A stretch of 64,000 bases of DNA, taken from assembly GCA_963712745.1 (NCBI GenBank), contig CAVQJC010000017.1, positions 256,001 through 320,000 on the forward strand, in the 5' to 3' direction. Position 1 is the first letter of the stretch, and each line of letters opens with the position of its first letter. The notes under the pieces were generated by a model that was not told the DNA's origin, made no database searches, and worked only from the letters and a program-made list of their open reading frames with translations. The DNA is from an uncultured Chloroflexia bacterium (GTDB lineage: Bacteria; Chloroflexota; Limnocylindria; Limnocylindrales; CSP1-4). Shown piece by piece: positions 11,879 through 21,381 of the stretch. The translations under genes were made by a program, and so were the position numbers.

Positions 11879-12730
11879 TCACCAGCCGGCTTCCTCGCGC
11901 AGCAGTCGATGCAGGACGCGGGCGCTGACCGAGCGGCGGTAGTCGGCTGTCGAGCGGACATCGTCGATGGGCTCGATCTCCTGCGCCAGGGTATGCGCAG
12001 CCGAATCGGCCACGGTCTCGTCAGGGCGTGTGCCCTCCAGCACTCCCTCGGTCCGCGATGCGCGCACAGGGGTGGGGGCCACGGAGCCCAGCGCCACCCG
12101 CACGTCACGCCATGTGCTCCCGTCCTCGCGGTAGCTGAGCGCGATCACGACCTTGGAGATCGCCTGGGCCGCACGCGTGCCGACCTTGCGGAACCGCGTC
12201 TGCCGGCCGTGGTCGACCGCGAAGCGGACGCCCAGCAACAGCTCGTCCTCGGCCAGCGCGGTCTGGCGATAGCCGGTCCAGAACTCATTGGCCGGGATCG
12301 TGCGTTCACCACGCGCAGAGGCCACCGCGAACTCGGCATCGACGACCAGCATCACGGGCAACGAATCGCCGGCGGGGGAGGCGTTGCAGATGTTGCCGCC
12401 GATGGTGCCCCGGTTCTGGATCTGGGCCGCGCCGATGGTGCCGGCCGCCTCCGCCAGCGCCGGCAGCCGGGCCGAGATGACCGGGGAGTGGCGCAGCTCG
12501 GTCCAGGTCGTGAGCGCACCGACGCGGACCTCGTAACCGTCGGTACTCACGCCACGCAGCTCGCGCAGTCGCGCCAGGTCAAGCACCGCGGCGGGGGCTT
12601 CGCCCACGTCGGCCTCGAGTTGGACCATCAGGTCGGTCCCGCCGGCGATGGGCCGGAAGCCGCCATCGGCCATGAAGGCGAGGGCTTCAGACAGGGTAGT
12701 CGGGCTAACGACGGGCGGCTCGAGTGCCAT
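11879..12730 (-). CDS. Xanthine dehydrogenase family FAD-binding subunit
   Basis: PIAGGTDL, QIQNRGTIGGNICNASPAGD, PIDDVRSTADYRR. Confidence 0.92.
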   Translation of the reverse strand: MALEPPVVSPTTLSEALAFMADGGFRPIAGGTDLMVQLEADVGEAPAAVLDLARLRELRGVSTDGYEVRVGALTTWTELRHSPVISARLPALAEAAGTIGAAQIQNRGTIGGNICNASPAGDSLPVMLVVDAEFAVASARGERTIPANEFWTGYRQTALAEDELLLGVRFAVDHGRQTRFRKVGTRAAQAISKVVIALSYREDGSTWRDVRVALGSVAPTPVRASRTEGVLEGTRPDETVADSAAHTLAQEIEPIDDVRSTADYRRSVSARVLHRLLREEAGW

Positions 12731-13260
12731 CAGCGCTCCACCTCGTCCGACCCATCGCGTCTGAGAGCGGCGGCCTCGATGGCGTCGATGATCTTGGTGT
12801 AGCCGGTACACCGGCAGAGGTTGCCGGCGATGGCCTCCCGGATATCCGCCTCGTCGGCCGAACCGCCGTCGTCGAGGTAGGCCTGCGCGGCCATGAGCAT
12901 GCCCGGGGTGCAGATGCCGCACTGGGCACCGCCGTACTCGAGGAACGCCTGCTGGAGCGGGCTCAGCGCCGCCGTCTCGGCATCGGAGAGGCCCTCCACG
13001 GTGCGGACGTCGGAGCCGTGCACCTGGCACACCGGCACAAGGCAGCTGTCGACGACCAGGCCGTCGAGGATGACGGTGCAGGCGCCGCACTCGCCCTCGC
13101 CGCAACCTTCCTTGGTGCCGGTCAGACCCAGGTCTTCGCGGACCACGTCGAGCAACCGGCGCATCCCCGGGACCGATACCTCGCGCGGCTCACCGTTGAG
13201 CGTGAAGCGGTAGGTCGTGCCCGGGCCGGCAGGACCCGGACCCTCGTGTAGGGCGGTCAT
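12730..13260 (-). CDS. Xanthine dehydrogenase family 2Fe-2S subunit
   Basis: GTKEGCGEGECGACTV, QCGICTPG, NLCRCTGY. Confidence 0.95.
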   Translation of the reverse strand: MTALHEGPGPAGPGTTYRFTLNGEPREVSVPGMRRLLDVVREDLGLTGTKEGCGEGECGACTVILDGLVVDSCLVPVCQVHGSDVRTVEGLSDAETAALSPLQQAFLEYGGAQCGICTPGMLMAAQAYLDDGGSADEADIREAIAGNLCRCTGYTKIIDAIEAAALRRDGSDEVER

Positions 13261-15563
13261 GCCCGCTCCTCCAGTGCCCTCAGCACCCGCTCGGGGGTGG
13301 CCGGCAGTTCCGTGACCCAGACGCCGACCGCGTCGTGGATGGCATCGACGACTGCCGGTGCGGCCACGTTCATGGGCAGCTCCCCGACGCCCTTGGCTCC
13401 GTGGGGCGAGCCGCTGAACGGTGCCTCCACGAGGATGGCGGTGATGTCGGGCGCGTCCATCGAGGTGGGGATGATGTACGTCGAGAGGCGGTCGTTGAGG
13501 TAGCGGCCGTCCTGCAGCTTCATCTCCTCGATGGTGCCGTAACCGACCGATTGCAGGGTGCCCCCCTCGATCTGGCCCTCGGCCAGCAGCGGGTGGATGA
13601 CACGGCCCACGTCGTCCGCGGATACGACCGAACGTACGCGCACCTCGCCGGTGTCGAGGTCGACGTTCACCTTGGCCACGGCGCAGGCCCAGCCGAAGGC
13701 GGGATACGCGTCGCCCGTGTGTGTCTCGTCGTCGAACTCGACCTCGACCTCGGATTCGTACTGTTGATCGATGCGCGTGGCACCATGCGTCGCGGCATCA
13801 GCCCGGTACACGTTCGCGAAACGGCCGCCGGACCGCTCCTCGACCAGCGCGCGCAGCCTGGCCGCCGCCTTCGAGACGAGCCCACCTACGACCATCACCG
13901 TGCGCGAGGCGACGGTAGGCCCGCTGTTGGGCACGATCGAGGTGTCGATAGGAGCGAGCTCGATCTCCTCGGGGTCGATGTCCAGCACCTCGGCCACGAT
14001 CATGGGCATGACCGTGTTGGTACCCTGGCCGATCTCGGTGTTGGCGATGAGCAGGCGCACGACACCGTCGGCACCGAGCTCTACGCCTGCGGTGCTGCCC
14101 ATCATCACCTCGCCCCGGCCGGTGAACCCGGCGCCGTGCCAGCCCATGGCGATGCCGATGCCGGAGGCCGAGCGGACGCGCGTGGAGGTGAACCCGTTCC
14201 CTGCCTCCGCGGCCTGGCCCCAGCGCACCGCGCGGGTCTGGCGGCTGACCGCCCGCACGCCCTCGTAGTCGGCCGCCTTGGTCGCTTCGCGCAGCACCTC
14301 TTCGGCGGCGACGCTCTCGCGCAGCACCTGACCGCTCGGTGTGGTGCCACCCTCGCGGTAGATCCAACGCTCGCGCAACTCGGCCGGAGAGACACCCAGC
14401 TCATCGGCGATGCGGGCCATCTGCAGCTCGTGGGCGAAGCCGACCTGTGGTGCCCCGAACCCGCGGAAGGCGCTGTTGGGCGGCGTGTTGGTGGCCATCG
14501 AGCGGCCCTTGATGTGCACGTTGTCGCACTCGTACGGGCCGCCGGCATGGAGCACGCCGCGGGACAGCACCACCGGGCTGAGGGTGCAGTAGGCCCCGCC
14601 GTCCATGATGACCTCGATGTCCTGGGCTACCAGCTGCCCGGCGGCCGAGACGCCGGAGCGATAGCGCACGATGGCCGGGTGTCGCTTGGTGGTCGAGGCG
14701 ATGTCCTCGTGACGGTCGTAGATCATGCGCACGGGCTTGCCGATGCGCTGGGCCAGCAGCGCCGCGTGGATGGCCACGACCGAGGGGTAGTCCTCCTTGC
14801 CCCCGAACCCGCCGCCAGTCTCCGCCTGCGTGATGACGGCCTGCTCGTCGCTGAGGGCGAGCGCCCGCTTCAGCGCGCTGTGCACGTAATACGGGCACTG
14901 CATGGACCCGGTGATGGTGATGCCGCCATCCGGACGGGGCTCGGCGATCATCGCCTGGTTCTCGATGTAGAGCTGCTCCTGGTGGCCGACCCGGTATTCG
15001 CCCTCGACGATGAGCGTGGCCTCCACGAACGCGGCTGCCGGGTCGCCCTTGGTGATCTCGTAGGCCGCGAACTGCTGCTCGGAGTCGAGCGGGTCGAAGA
15101 CCGGAGGCAGCGGTTCGGTCACCGGCCTGATGCGCTTCCTGGCCTCGCGCAGCGTGGCCTTGTCGGGTGCGGCGATGAGCGCGACAGCTTCGCTGTGATG
15201 GCGGATCTCATCGACCGCCAGCGCGGGCATGTCGTCGATGATGATGCTCACCACGTTCTCGCCGGGGATGTCCTCGGCGCTCATGACCACGACTCTCGAC
15301 CAGTCGAAGTCCGCATCCCGCTCGAGGCCCAGCAGGCGTGCATGAGCCTCGGTCGAGCGGATCGTCGCGCCGTACCAGGCGCCCGGGAAGACGAGGTCGT
15401 CGGTGTACTTGGCCTTGCCCGTCAGTTTCGGCCGGCCCTCCCGTCGCAGCGGGGCAGGGGTCGCCCGGCCCAGCGTCGGGGCAGGGGCCTGACCGGGTGC
15501 CGGCGGCGTCATCACCACGGGGCCTTCGGCCGAAACGTGCTGGTCGCGAACTCTCTCGCTCAA
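13257..15563 (-). CDS. Xanthine dehydrogenase molybdopterin-binding subunit (start may be 15512)
   Basis: QEQLYIE, GGGFGGKE, AFRGFGAPQ, EIGQG, GPTVASRT, GQIEGG, KGVGE. Confidence 0.93.
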   Translation of the reverse strand: MSERVRDQHVSAEGPVVMTPPAPGQAPAPTLGRATPAPLRREGRPKLTGKAKYTDDLVFPGAWYGATIRSTEAHARLLGLERDADFDWSRVVVMSAEDIPGENVVSIIIDDMPALAVDEIRHHSEAVALIAAPDKATLREARKRIRPVTEPLPPVFDPLDSEQQFAAYEITKGDPAAAFVEATLIVEGEYRVGHQEQLYIENQAMIAEPRPDGGITITGSMQCPYYVHSALKRALALSDEQAVITQAETGGGFGGKEDYPSVVAIHAALLAQRIGKPVRMIYDRHEDIASTTKRHPAIVRYRSGVSAAGQLVAQDIEVIMDGGAYCTLSPVVLSRGVLHAGGPYECDNVHIKGRSMATNTPPNSAFRGFGAPQVGFAHELQMARIADELGVSPAELRERWIYREGGTTPSGQVLRESVAAEEVLREATKAADYEGVRAVSRQTRAVRWGQAAEAGNGFTSTRVRSASGIGIAMGWHGAGFTGRGEVMMGSTAGVELGADGVVRLLIANTEIGQGTNTVMPMIVAEVLDIDPEEIELAPIDTSIVPNSGPTVASRTVMVVGGLVSKAAARLRALVEERSGGRFANVYRADAATHGATRIDQQYESEVEVEFDDETHTGDAYPAFGWACAVAKVNVDLDTGEVRVRSVVSADDVGRVIHPLLAEGQIEGGTLQSVGYGTIEEMKLQDGRYLNDRLSTYIIPTSMDAPDITAILVEAPFSGSPHGAKGVGELPMNVAAPAVVDAIHDAVGVWVTELPATPERVLRALEERA

Positions 15564-15730
15564 GCGGTTGCTCCCTCGTGCGTGGAGGTTGGCGCCCGTA
15601 TCGTACTGCCCACGGACTGGTCCTTGACTCGGCGAGCGCTGCGGCGCCGTGGTCCTCCTCGTGCGAGAGGGTTCCGCAACCCCGCGCGGCGAAGACGACG
15701 ACCGACCCCGACCGCGCTACCCTTGGCGTC

Positions 15731-16195
15731 ATGTTCGCCCTTTGGATGTTCCTGCATATCCTCGGCGCCATCGCGGCGTTCGGGTTCGGCTTCTATGCGC
15801 CGATCTTCGGCATGGCCACGGCCAAGGAGCCCCAGCACGGCAACTGGTTCATGCGTGCCTCGAAGCGTGTCTCCAACGTCATCATCGTGCCCTTCGCCAT
15901 CCTCATGTTCATCACCGGGGCGATGCTGGTGCAAAGCGGCGGCACCGAGTGGTCAGACCGCTGGCTGTCGGTCGCCCTGCTGCTCTACTTCATCGCGCTT
16001 GGCATCGTGTTCTTCCTCCAGCGCCCCGCGCTCAGCAAGGTCATCGCCCTCACCGAGCAGCCGCCCGGTCCGGAGGGCCCACCGGCGGAGCTCACGACCA
16101 ACGTCAGGCGCATGCAGATCTACGGCGTGGTGCTGCTCATCCTGACGCTGTCGGTGCTGGCGCTGATGGTCTGGAAGCCGGCCCTCGGTCAGTAG
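15731..16195 (+). CDS. DUF2269-like four-TM membrane protein
   Basis: FLHILGAIAAFG start, hydrophobic helices, LMVWKP end. Confidence 0.75.
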   Translation: MFALWMFLHILGAIAAFGFGFYAPIFGMATAKEPQHGNWFMRASKRVSNVIIVPFAILMFITGAMLVQSGGTEWSDRWLSVALLLYFIALGIVFFLQRPALSKVIALTEQPPGPEGPPAELTTNVRRMQIYGVVLLILTLSVLALMVWKPALGQ

Positions 16196-17667
16196 CGGCC
16201 AGCCTCCAGGAGCAGGGTGGAGAGGCGCGAGTAGCGCGCGTACACCTCGTCGTACCGACGCGCTCGCTCAGGGTCCGGCTCGGAAAGCACCAGCCTGGGC
16301 CGAGCGGCCTCGCTGGCCTCGGCATAGTCGTCATACACGCCGGTCGCGATGCCACCGATGAGCGCCGCGCCGACCCCGGTCCGTTCGGGCGCATCGACGT
16401 AGGCAAGCGGCTCCCCGAAGACGTCGGAGAGGATGCCCCGCCATAGCGGACTGGCCAGCCCGTTGCCCGTGGCCAGCCAGGTATCGCAGTGGCCGCCTGC
16501 GTCGATGACCGCGTCGCGGGTCGCGCGCAGTGAGCAGGCCACGCCCTCGAGGACCGCTCGCGCCAGGTGCGCCCGCCGATGCCCCAGCGTCAGGCCCACG
16601 AAGGCGCCGGTGGCATCGGGGTCCATGACCGGCGAACGCTCGCCGACCAGATAGGGCAGGAAGACGAGGCCCTCGCAGCCGGCCGGCACCCCCGCCGCCA
16701 GCCGGTCGAGCGCGGCATACGGGTTCTCCGACCGGAGCCGCAGCCGATCCCGCAGCCAGCGCAGGGACATGCCCGCCGAGAGCGTCGCACCCAGCTGGTA
16801 CCAGCTGTCTGAAGGCGCGTGACAGAAGGTGTGGATGCGGCCCTTCCGGTCCGGCATCGGCGTATCGGCGGCGACGAAGATCTGCCCGCCCGTGCCGAGC
16901 GTCACCGAGCCGCTGCCGCCTACCACCAGGCCATTGGAGACCGCCTGGGCGCATTGATCGGCACAGCCGGCGGCGACGGGGATACCGCGGCGCAGCCCCA
17001 GCTCAGCGGCCGCCCCTCCGGTCAGGCTCCCCGCCACATCGGCCGAATCGAGCAGCGGCGGCAGGATCGTCGCCGGTGCTCCGAGCCGCTCGCAGAGCTG
17101 GGTCGACCAGGCGCGAGCGCCCACATCGAACATGGCCGTGCCCGACGCGTCGCTCACGTCGGTGGCGGCATGGCCGGTCATCTTCAGGCGCAGGTAGTCC
17201 TTCGGTAGCACGAACATGGCAGCCACATCGAGGCGCTCAGGCTCGTGCCGGCGGAGCCAGGCCATGGTCGGTCCCATGAAGCCCGCCGCGGGCCGCGTCC
17301 CGGCCACGGCCAGGAACGTCTCGATGCCGATGTCGGCCTCGAGCTCGGGAATCAGCTCGGCCGTGCGCTGGTCGGCCCAGGTGATGGCCTTTCCGAGTGG
17401 GTGCATCGAGCCGTCGAGCAGCACTCCGCCGTGCATGTGGCCGTCGAGCCCGATGCCGTCGATGTCGTTGGTACCGGCCTCGTGGAGCGCCTCGCGGACG
17501 GCCATGACGCAGTTCGACCACCATGACGCCGGGTCCTGCTCGGCGCGACCAGGTTCCGGAACCTCCATGGGGATCTCGCGGTAGCCGCTGCCGAGCACCG
17601 TGGCCGACGCGTCGATGACCACGGCCTTCACGCCCGAAGTGCCCAGGTCGATGCCCAGCAGTGCCAT
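16189..17667 (-). CDS. xylB: FGGY carbohydrate kinase (xylulokinase-like)
   Basis: LLGIDLGTSGVK, WADQRT, PKDYLR, TDVSDASGT, FLPYLVGERSP, RAVLEGVA. Confidence 0.85.
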   Translation of the reverse strand: MALLGIDLGTSGVKAVVIDASATVLGSGYREIPMEVPEPGRAEQDPASWWSNCVMAVREALHEAGTNDIDGIGLDGHMHGGVLLDGSMHPLGKAITWADQRTAELIPELEADIGIETFLAVAGTRPAAGFMGPTMAWLRRHEPERLDVAAMFVLPKDYLRLKMTGHAATDVSDASGTAMFDVGARAWSTQLCERLGAPATILPPLLDSADVAGSLTGGAAAELGLRRGIPVAAGCADQCAQAVSNGLVVGGSGSVTLGTGGQIFVAADTPMPDRKGRIHTFCHAPSDSWYQLGATLSAGMSLRWLRDRLRLRSENPYAALDRLAAGVPAGCEGLVFLPYLVGERSPVMDPDATGAFVGLTLGHRRAHLARAVLEGVACSLRATRDAVIDAGGHCDTWLATGNGLASPLWRGILSDVFGEPLAYVDAPERTGVGAALIGGIATGVYDDYAEASEAARPRLVLSEPDPERARRYDEVYARYSRLSTLLLEAGRY

Positions 17668-17677
17668 CAGTGCGATG

Positions 17678-19003
17678 CTAGGCGCCCTGCGGCCCCTCGA
17701 GGCGGCGTCCGCGCACCCAGGCCGCACGGACCATGCCGGGGCGCTCGCGGAAGATGAGCCGGCCGGCGACCTCCTCGAGGTCCCGACATGGCTCGCCGTT
17801 GGGCGGTCGGCCGAGGTCCGGGTCGACCGCGATGAGATCGGCCTCCTTGCCCGTCTCCAGGCTGCCGATGACGCGGTCCAGGCCGAGCGCCTCCGCGCCC
17901 CCGAGCGTGCCCAGCCGGAGCCACTCGAGCGGATCGGGCACCGCAGCACCATCGCCCACCACGGTCGCGCGCGAGTTGTGCTGGAAGAAGCCGAGGCGCA
18001 TCTGGGTGACGACCGAGAGCTCGGGTGCGCCGGCCACATCGGTCCCCAGGCCGATGCGCAGGCCTGCCTCGAGGTATCGACCGATGGGCATCACGCCGCT
18101 GCGGATGAACATGTTGCTCACCGGGCAGTGGGCGATGGCCGAGTCGGTCTCCACCATGCGCCCGAGCTCACGCTCGGAGAGGTGGATCGAATGGGCGAAG
18201 AGCGCCTTCCGACCGAGCCCGCCCGCGCGGTCGTAGACATCGAGGTAGTCGGCCGCCTCGGGGAAGTGCTCAGCCACCGTGGCCATCTCGGCCACGTCCT
18301 CGGAGAGGTGGGTCTGCCAGGTGGCACCGTAGTGCTCGGCCAGCGACGCCGACTCGCGCAGCATGTCAGGGGTGCAGGCGACGGCGAAGCGCGGCGTGAA
18401 CGCGTACCGAAGTCGTCCGTCCGCGGCGCCGTGCCAGCGTTCGCAGAGCTCGCCGGAAGCGCGGATGGCGTTCTCGATGATGTCACCGGGCGGGGTGAGC
18501 TCGTCGTAGGTGACGCGGTCCATGAGCACGTTGCCGATGACCGCGCGGATACCGTGCTCGTCTGCGGCGCGGAAGCAGGCCTCGGTCGAATCGGGCCAGA
18601 TCGCGGCGTAGCCAGAGAAGGTGGTGGTGCCGGCCGCGGCCATGGCGCGATAGACCTGTGGGGCGAGAGCCTCGGCCGTGGGCACGTCGAAGGCGCGTTC
18701 GAGTGGGAAGACGTAGCGCTCCAGCCAGGACAGCAGGTCCATGCCGGCTCCCAGGCCGGCGGCGGGCACCTGCGGGATGTGGACGTGGGTGTCGACCAGG
18801 CCCGGCATGACCACCAGCGGCCGCAGGTCGATGGCCGATCCGGCGGCCTGCGGGGCATCCGCCGCGGCGCGGACCGAGCGGATACGCCCGGCCTCGTCCA
18901 CTTCGATGATTCCGTCGGGCTGCCAAAGTGTGTCGCCCTCGGGGAGCGGGCTGAGCAGGCGGGCCCGCAACGTGAACGGCGGCTCTTGCGGGATGGTCGT
19001 CAT
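17678..19003 (-). CDS. guaD: Guanine deaminase-like amidohydrolase
   Basis: PGLVDTHVHIPQ, LLSWLERYVFP, TPRFAVAC, QTHLSE, HCPVSN, GLGTDVAG. Confidence 0.85.
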   Translation of the reverse strand: MTTIPQEPPFTLRARLLSPLPEGDTLWQPDGIIEVDEAGRIRSVRAAADAPQAAGSAIDLRPLVVMPGLVDTHVHIPQVPAAGLGAGMDLLSWLERYVFPLERAFDVPTAEALAPQVYRAMAAAGTTTFSGYAAIWPDSTEACFRAADEHGIRAVIGNVLMDRVTYDELTPPGDIIENAIRASGELCERWHGAADGRLRYAFTPRFAVACTPDMLRESASLAEHYGATWQTHLSEDVAEMATVAEHFPEAADYLDVYDRAGGLGRKALFAHSIHLSERELGRMVETDSAIAHCPVSNMFIRSGVMPIGRYLEAGLRIGLGTDVAGAPELSVVTQMRLGFFQHNSRATVVGDGAAVPDPLEWLRLGTLGGAEALGLDRVIGSLETGKEADLIAVDPDLGRPPNGEPCRDLEEVAGRLIFRERPGMVRAAWVRGRRLEGPQGA

Positions 19004-19410
19004 CGCGGGATCTCCACCGGCACGACCCGCAGTTCGTCGATGCCACTGAAGTCGCCCGGGTTGCACGTGTACAGCGGAAGTCCGTTGGCGATCGCGACAG
19101 CAGCGATCATCGCGTCGAAGGGGCGCGCCGAGCTCTTCCGACCTCTGCGCCGAAGAGATGCGGCGACACGCCCGAATGCACGCGCAGCTCCGACGTCGAA
19201 GGGGATAGCCTCGAAGTCGGCTTCGGCGCTCTGTACCTGCGCCTGTCTCGCGGCCTGTTCCTCACCATCTGCCACGAGCGGTCCGACGCTGAGCTCCGCA
19301 AGCGTCACGGTCGAGATGCGAGGCCGCCGCGGAAGCAGTGTGGGGTCGGGCAACCGACCAGACAGGATCAGCGTGCTCGTGTCCAGCAGCCCTTCGTCGT
19401 GGCGGGTCAC
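19000..19410 (-). CDS. vapC: VapC PIN-domain toxin
   Basis: LLDTSTLI, TLAELSVG, FDAMIAAVA, YTCNPGDF. Confidence 0.9.
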   Translation of the reverse strand: MTRHDEGLLDTSTLILSGRLPDPTLLPRRPRISTVTLAELSVGPLVADGEEQAARQAQVQSAEADFEAIPFDVGAARAFGRVAASLRRRGRKSSARPFDAMIAAVAIANGLPLYTCNPGDFSGIDELRVVPVEIPR

Positions 19411-19643
19411 AGTGACTGGTCGATGATCTTGTCGATGTCACGTCGCAGGGACTCCGGGTCCACCGAGGGCAGGTTCCTCCGGCGTTCCAGCAGTGCTTCC
19501 ACCGACAGTGTTCTTGTGGGCAGAGGGGAGAGACGGGCGACTGGCATGCCATCCCGCGTGATCGTCAGCACCTCTCCCGCGATTACTCGCTCGATGACCT
19601 CGCCACCCTTGTTCCGTAGATCCCTGATCGTCACGTCAGCCAT
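19407..19643 (-). CDS. vapB: Phd/YefM-type antitoxin
   Basis: VTIRDLRNKGGEVIERVIAGEVLTITRDGMPVARLSP; 4-bp overlap with the toxin gene. Confidence 0.9.
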   Translation of the reverse strand: MADVTIRDLRNKGGEVIERVIAGEVLTITRDGMPVARLSPLPTRTLSVEALLERRRNLPSVDPESLRRDIDKIIDQSL

Positions 19644-19653
19644 GTCTCACATC

Positions 19654-19669
19654 GTATCACCGGTGATAC
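19654..19669. promoter_or_regulatory. Perfect 16-bp palindrome, likely TA autoregulatory operator
   Basis: gtatcaccggtgatac lies 10 bp upstream of the antitoxin ATG. Confidence 0.75.
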
Positions 19670-19690
19670 AGTCCCCGCGTTCCGCGGGTC

Positions 19691-20776
19691 TCAGCCGGCT
19701 TCGTCGTCGAGCTCTGCCAGGGTGCGTGTTCGCAGGTCGATGATGAGCCCCAGCTGCAACACCGTGATGATGGTGGAACCCAGAGCGGTGACCTGCGCGG
19801 CGTAGAAGGTCACCAGCCCTCCGGCCACGAGGTTCGTGAGCACAGCAGCGACGGCCAGGTTCAGGCCCGGCTGCGTCTTGCCCCGCCACAGGGCCACGAG
19901 CGCCGCTCCGGCCCCGAGGCCCACGACCACGTTGATGCCTAGGACCAACAGGATCCAGACCGGTTCGGTCGGTAGCTCCATCCGTCCGGCATCCCGGGCC
20001 ACGAGCAATGCCTCTTCCAGGTCGAGCTGTGTGCTCGCCAGCAGGAGCAGGGCAGCCGCCACCGCCCCCAGGAAGGCCCAGATCAGCGACAGGACCACCA
20101 GCCACCGCTCCAGGCGTGTCGGCAGGAGCCGCTCGAGCAGCCGGTGACCTTCGCCCCTGGCGATCCAGCCTTCGGCTGTCAGGCGGGCGTCCATGGCCGG
20201 GGATTCCAGGGCCGCCAGCAGCATCTCTGCCAGCCGATCGGCCTCCGCGGAAGGCTCGGCGGTCCGTACCTGGGCTGCGAGCATCTGGTCGATCACCCTC
20301 CGGCGATCCTGCGCGGTCAGGTTGCCATCGAGGCCGTCGGCGAGCGCCTCGATGACCGCACCGCTCGCGTCATAGCCGTCGACCCCGCGCCGGCGTACCA
20401 GCACCCAGAGCAGGACGAGCAGCAGGATGCTGCCGTAGATGATGGGGGCGGCCGGGGCGTAGAAGTAGTCGTTCGAGGTGGTCATGAACTTGCCGATCTC
20501 GTCGATGAACAGGCCCGCGCCCAGTCCGGCCAGGAGGGCTGAGATCTGAAGAGTGCGTTGCCCCGAATAGAGGAGCGGCAGCAGGGCGGCGATGAACAGC
20601 GCCAGGCCGCCCCAGAGTGCGTGGGCGATGTGGAGTTCGCCGCCTCCCACGGTGGGATAGCCGGCCAGGTCCAGGTACCAGCGCACGCCTGCGACCGTCA
20701 CCGCGAAGGCGGCGATGGTCAGGACCAGGTAGCTGGTAGCACGGTCCCGCCGTGTTCCCAGGTATCGGCTGCGCAC
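19691..20776 (-). CDS. Multi-pass membrane protein of unknown function
   Basis: About 8 hydrophobic segments; LHIAHALWGG and GLFIDEIGKF motifs. Confidence 0.75.
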   Translation of the reverse strand: MRSRYLGTRRDRATSYLVLTIAAFAVTVAGVRWYLDLAGYPTVGGGELHIAHALWGGLALFIAALLPLLYSGQRTLQISALLAGLGAGLFIDEIGKFMTTSNDYFYAPAAPIIYGSILLLVLLWVLVRRRGVDGYDASGAVIEALADGLDGNLTAQDRRRVIDQMLAAQVRTAEPSAEADRLAEMLLAALESPAMDARLTAEGWIARGEGHRLLERLLPTRLERWLVVLSLIWAFLGAVAAALLLLASTQLDLEEALLVARDAGRMELPTEPVWILLVLGINVVVGLGAGAALVALWRGKTQPGLNLAVAAVLTNLVAGGLVTFYAAQVTALGSTIITVLQLGLIIDLRTRTLAELDDEAG

Positions 20777-20877
20777 CGTCGGAGCCTACCGCAGCGAAAG
20801 CGGAGTCGTTTCGGGCTGGACGCGGCTCATACCCTGACGAGCGCCACCAGACGGCGGCGCCACGAGGCAGAGACTCC

Positions 20878-21000
20878 ATGGACACCGAGCTCGTCAGCAG
20901 GGCCCACAGGGGACCAGGCGGCATTCGCCGAGATCGCGTCGGCCACGTACGGGCGGCTGCACTCGCTCGCGTTCGGCATCCTGCGCGACCGGGTCGGCCT
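20878..21000 (+). pseudogene. Truncated ECF sigma factor remnant
   Basis: MDTELVSRAH then frameshift to DQAAFAEIASATYGRLHSLAFGILRDR, homologous to the N-termini at 23507 and 26006; similarity stops after that. Confidence 0.75.
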
Positions 21001-21381
21001 TCACGGCCGGCCCGGTCGCGGTGTCCGGCCCGAGCCTTTCGCGAATCGAGATCGCCGCTGAGCGGGACAACTCGACCCTGGCAGGCTACGGGAGGACTCG
21101 TCTGTCCCGCCAGACGAGAACTCGCGCCACCCTTTCCCGCTCCCCGGTAACAACCAGGCATCTGCGGGGGCGGTCTGGCCGAACTGTCCCGTTGAGCGAG
21201 AGGCAAACCCTCCGACGAAGGTCTTGCAGCCTCTCGCTCGGACGAAGGCCACCTGCGACACGCCCGATGAATTCGGGAACCCTTGCGCACTCCGGCTCCC
21301 CAGACCAGATGAGAGCGGCCACACCGGTCGCCTCGCCGCGGCAACGGAAGACCAACGGGGGGGAACACGGAGGCACTACGC

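Noticed and set aside
13335-16145. 936-aa plus-strand ORF and other long antisense ORFs
   Set aside because: Shadow ORFs of high-GC genes on the opposite strand with no recognisable motifs
21200-21240. c-di-GMP-I riboswitch (GGCAAACC)
   Set aside because: Lacks the GNRA loop and the downstream GACGCAAAGC-type consensus
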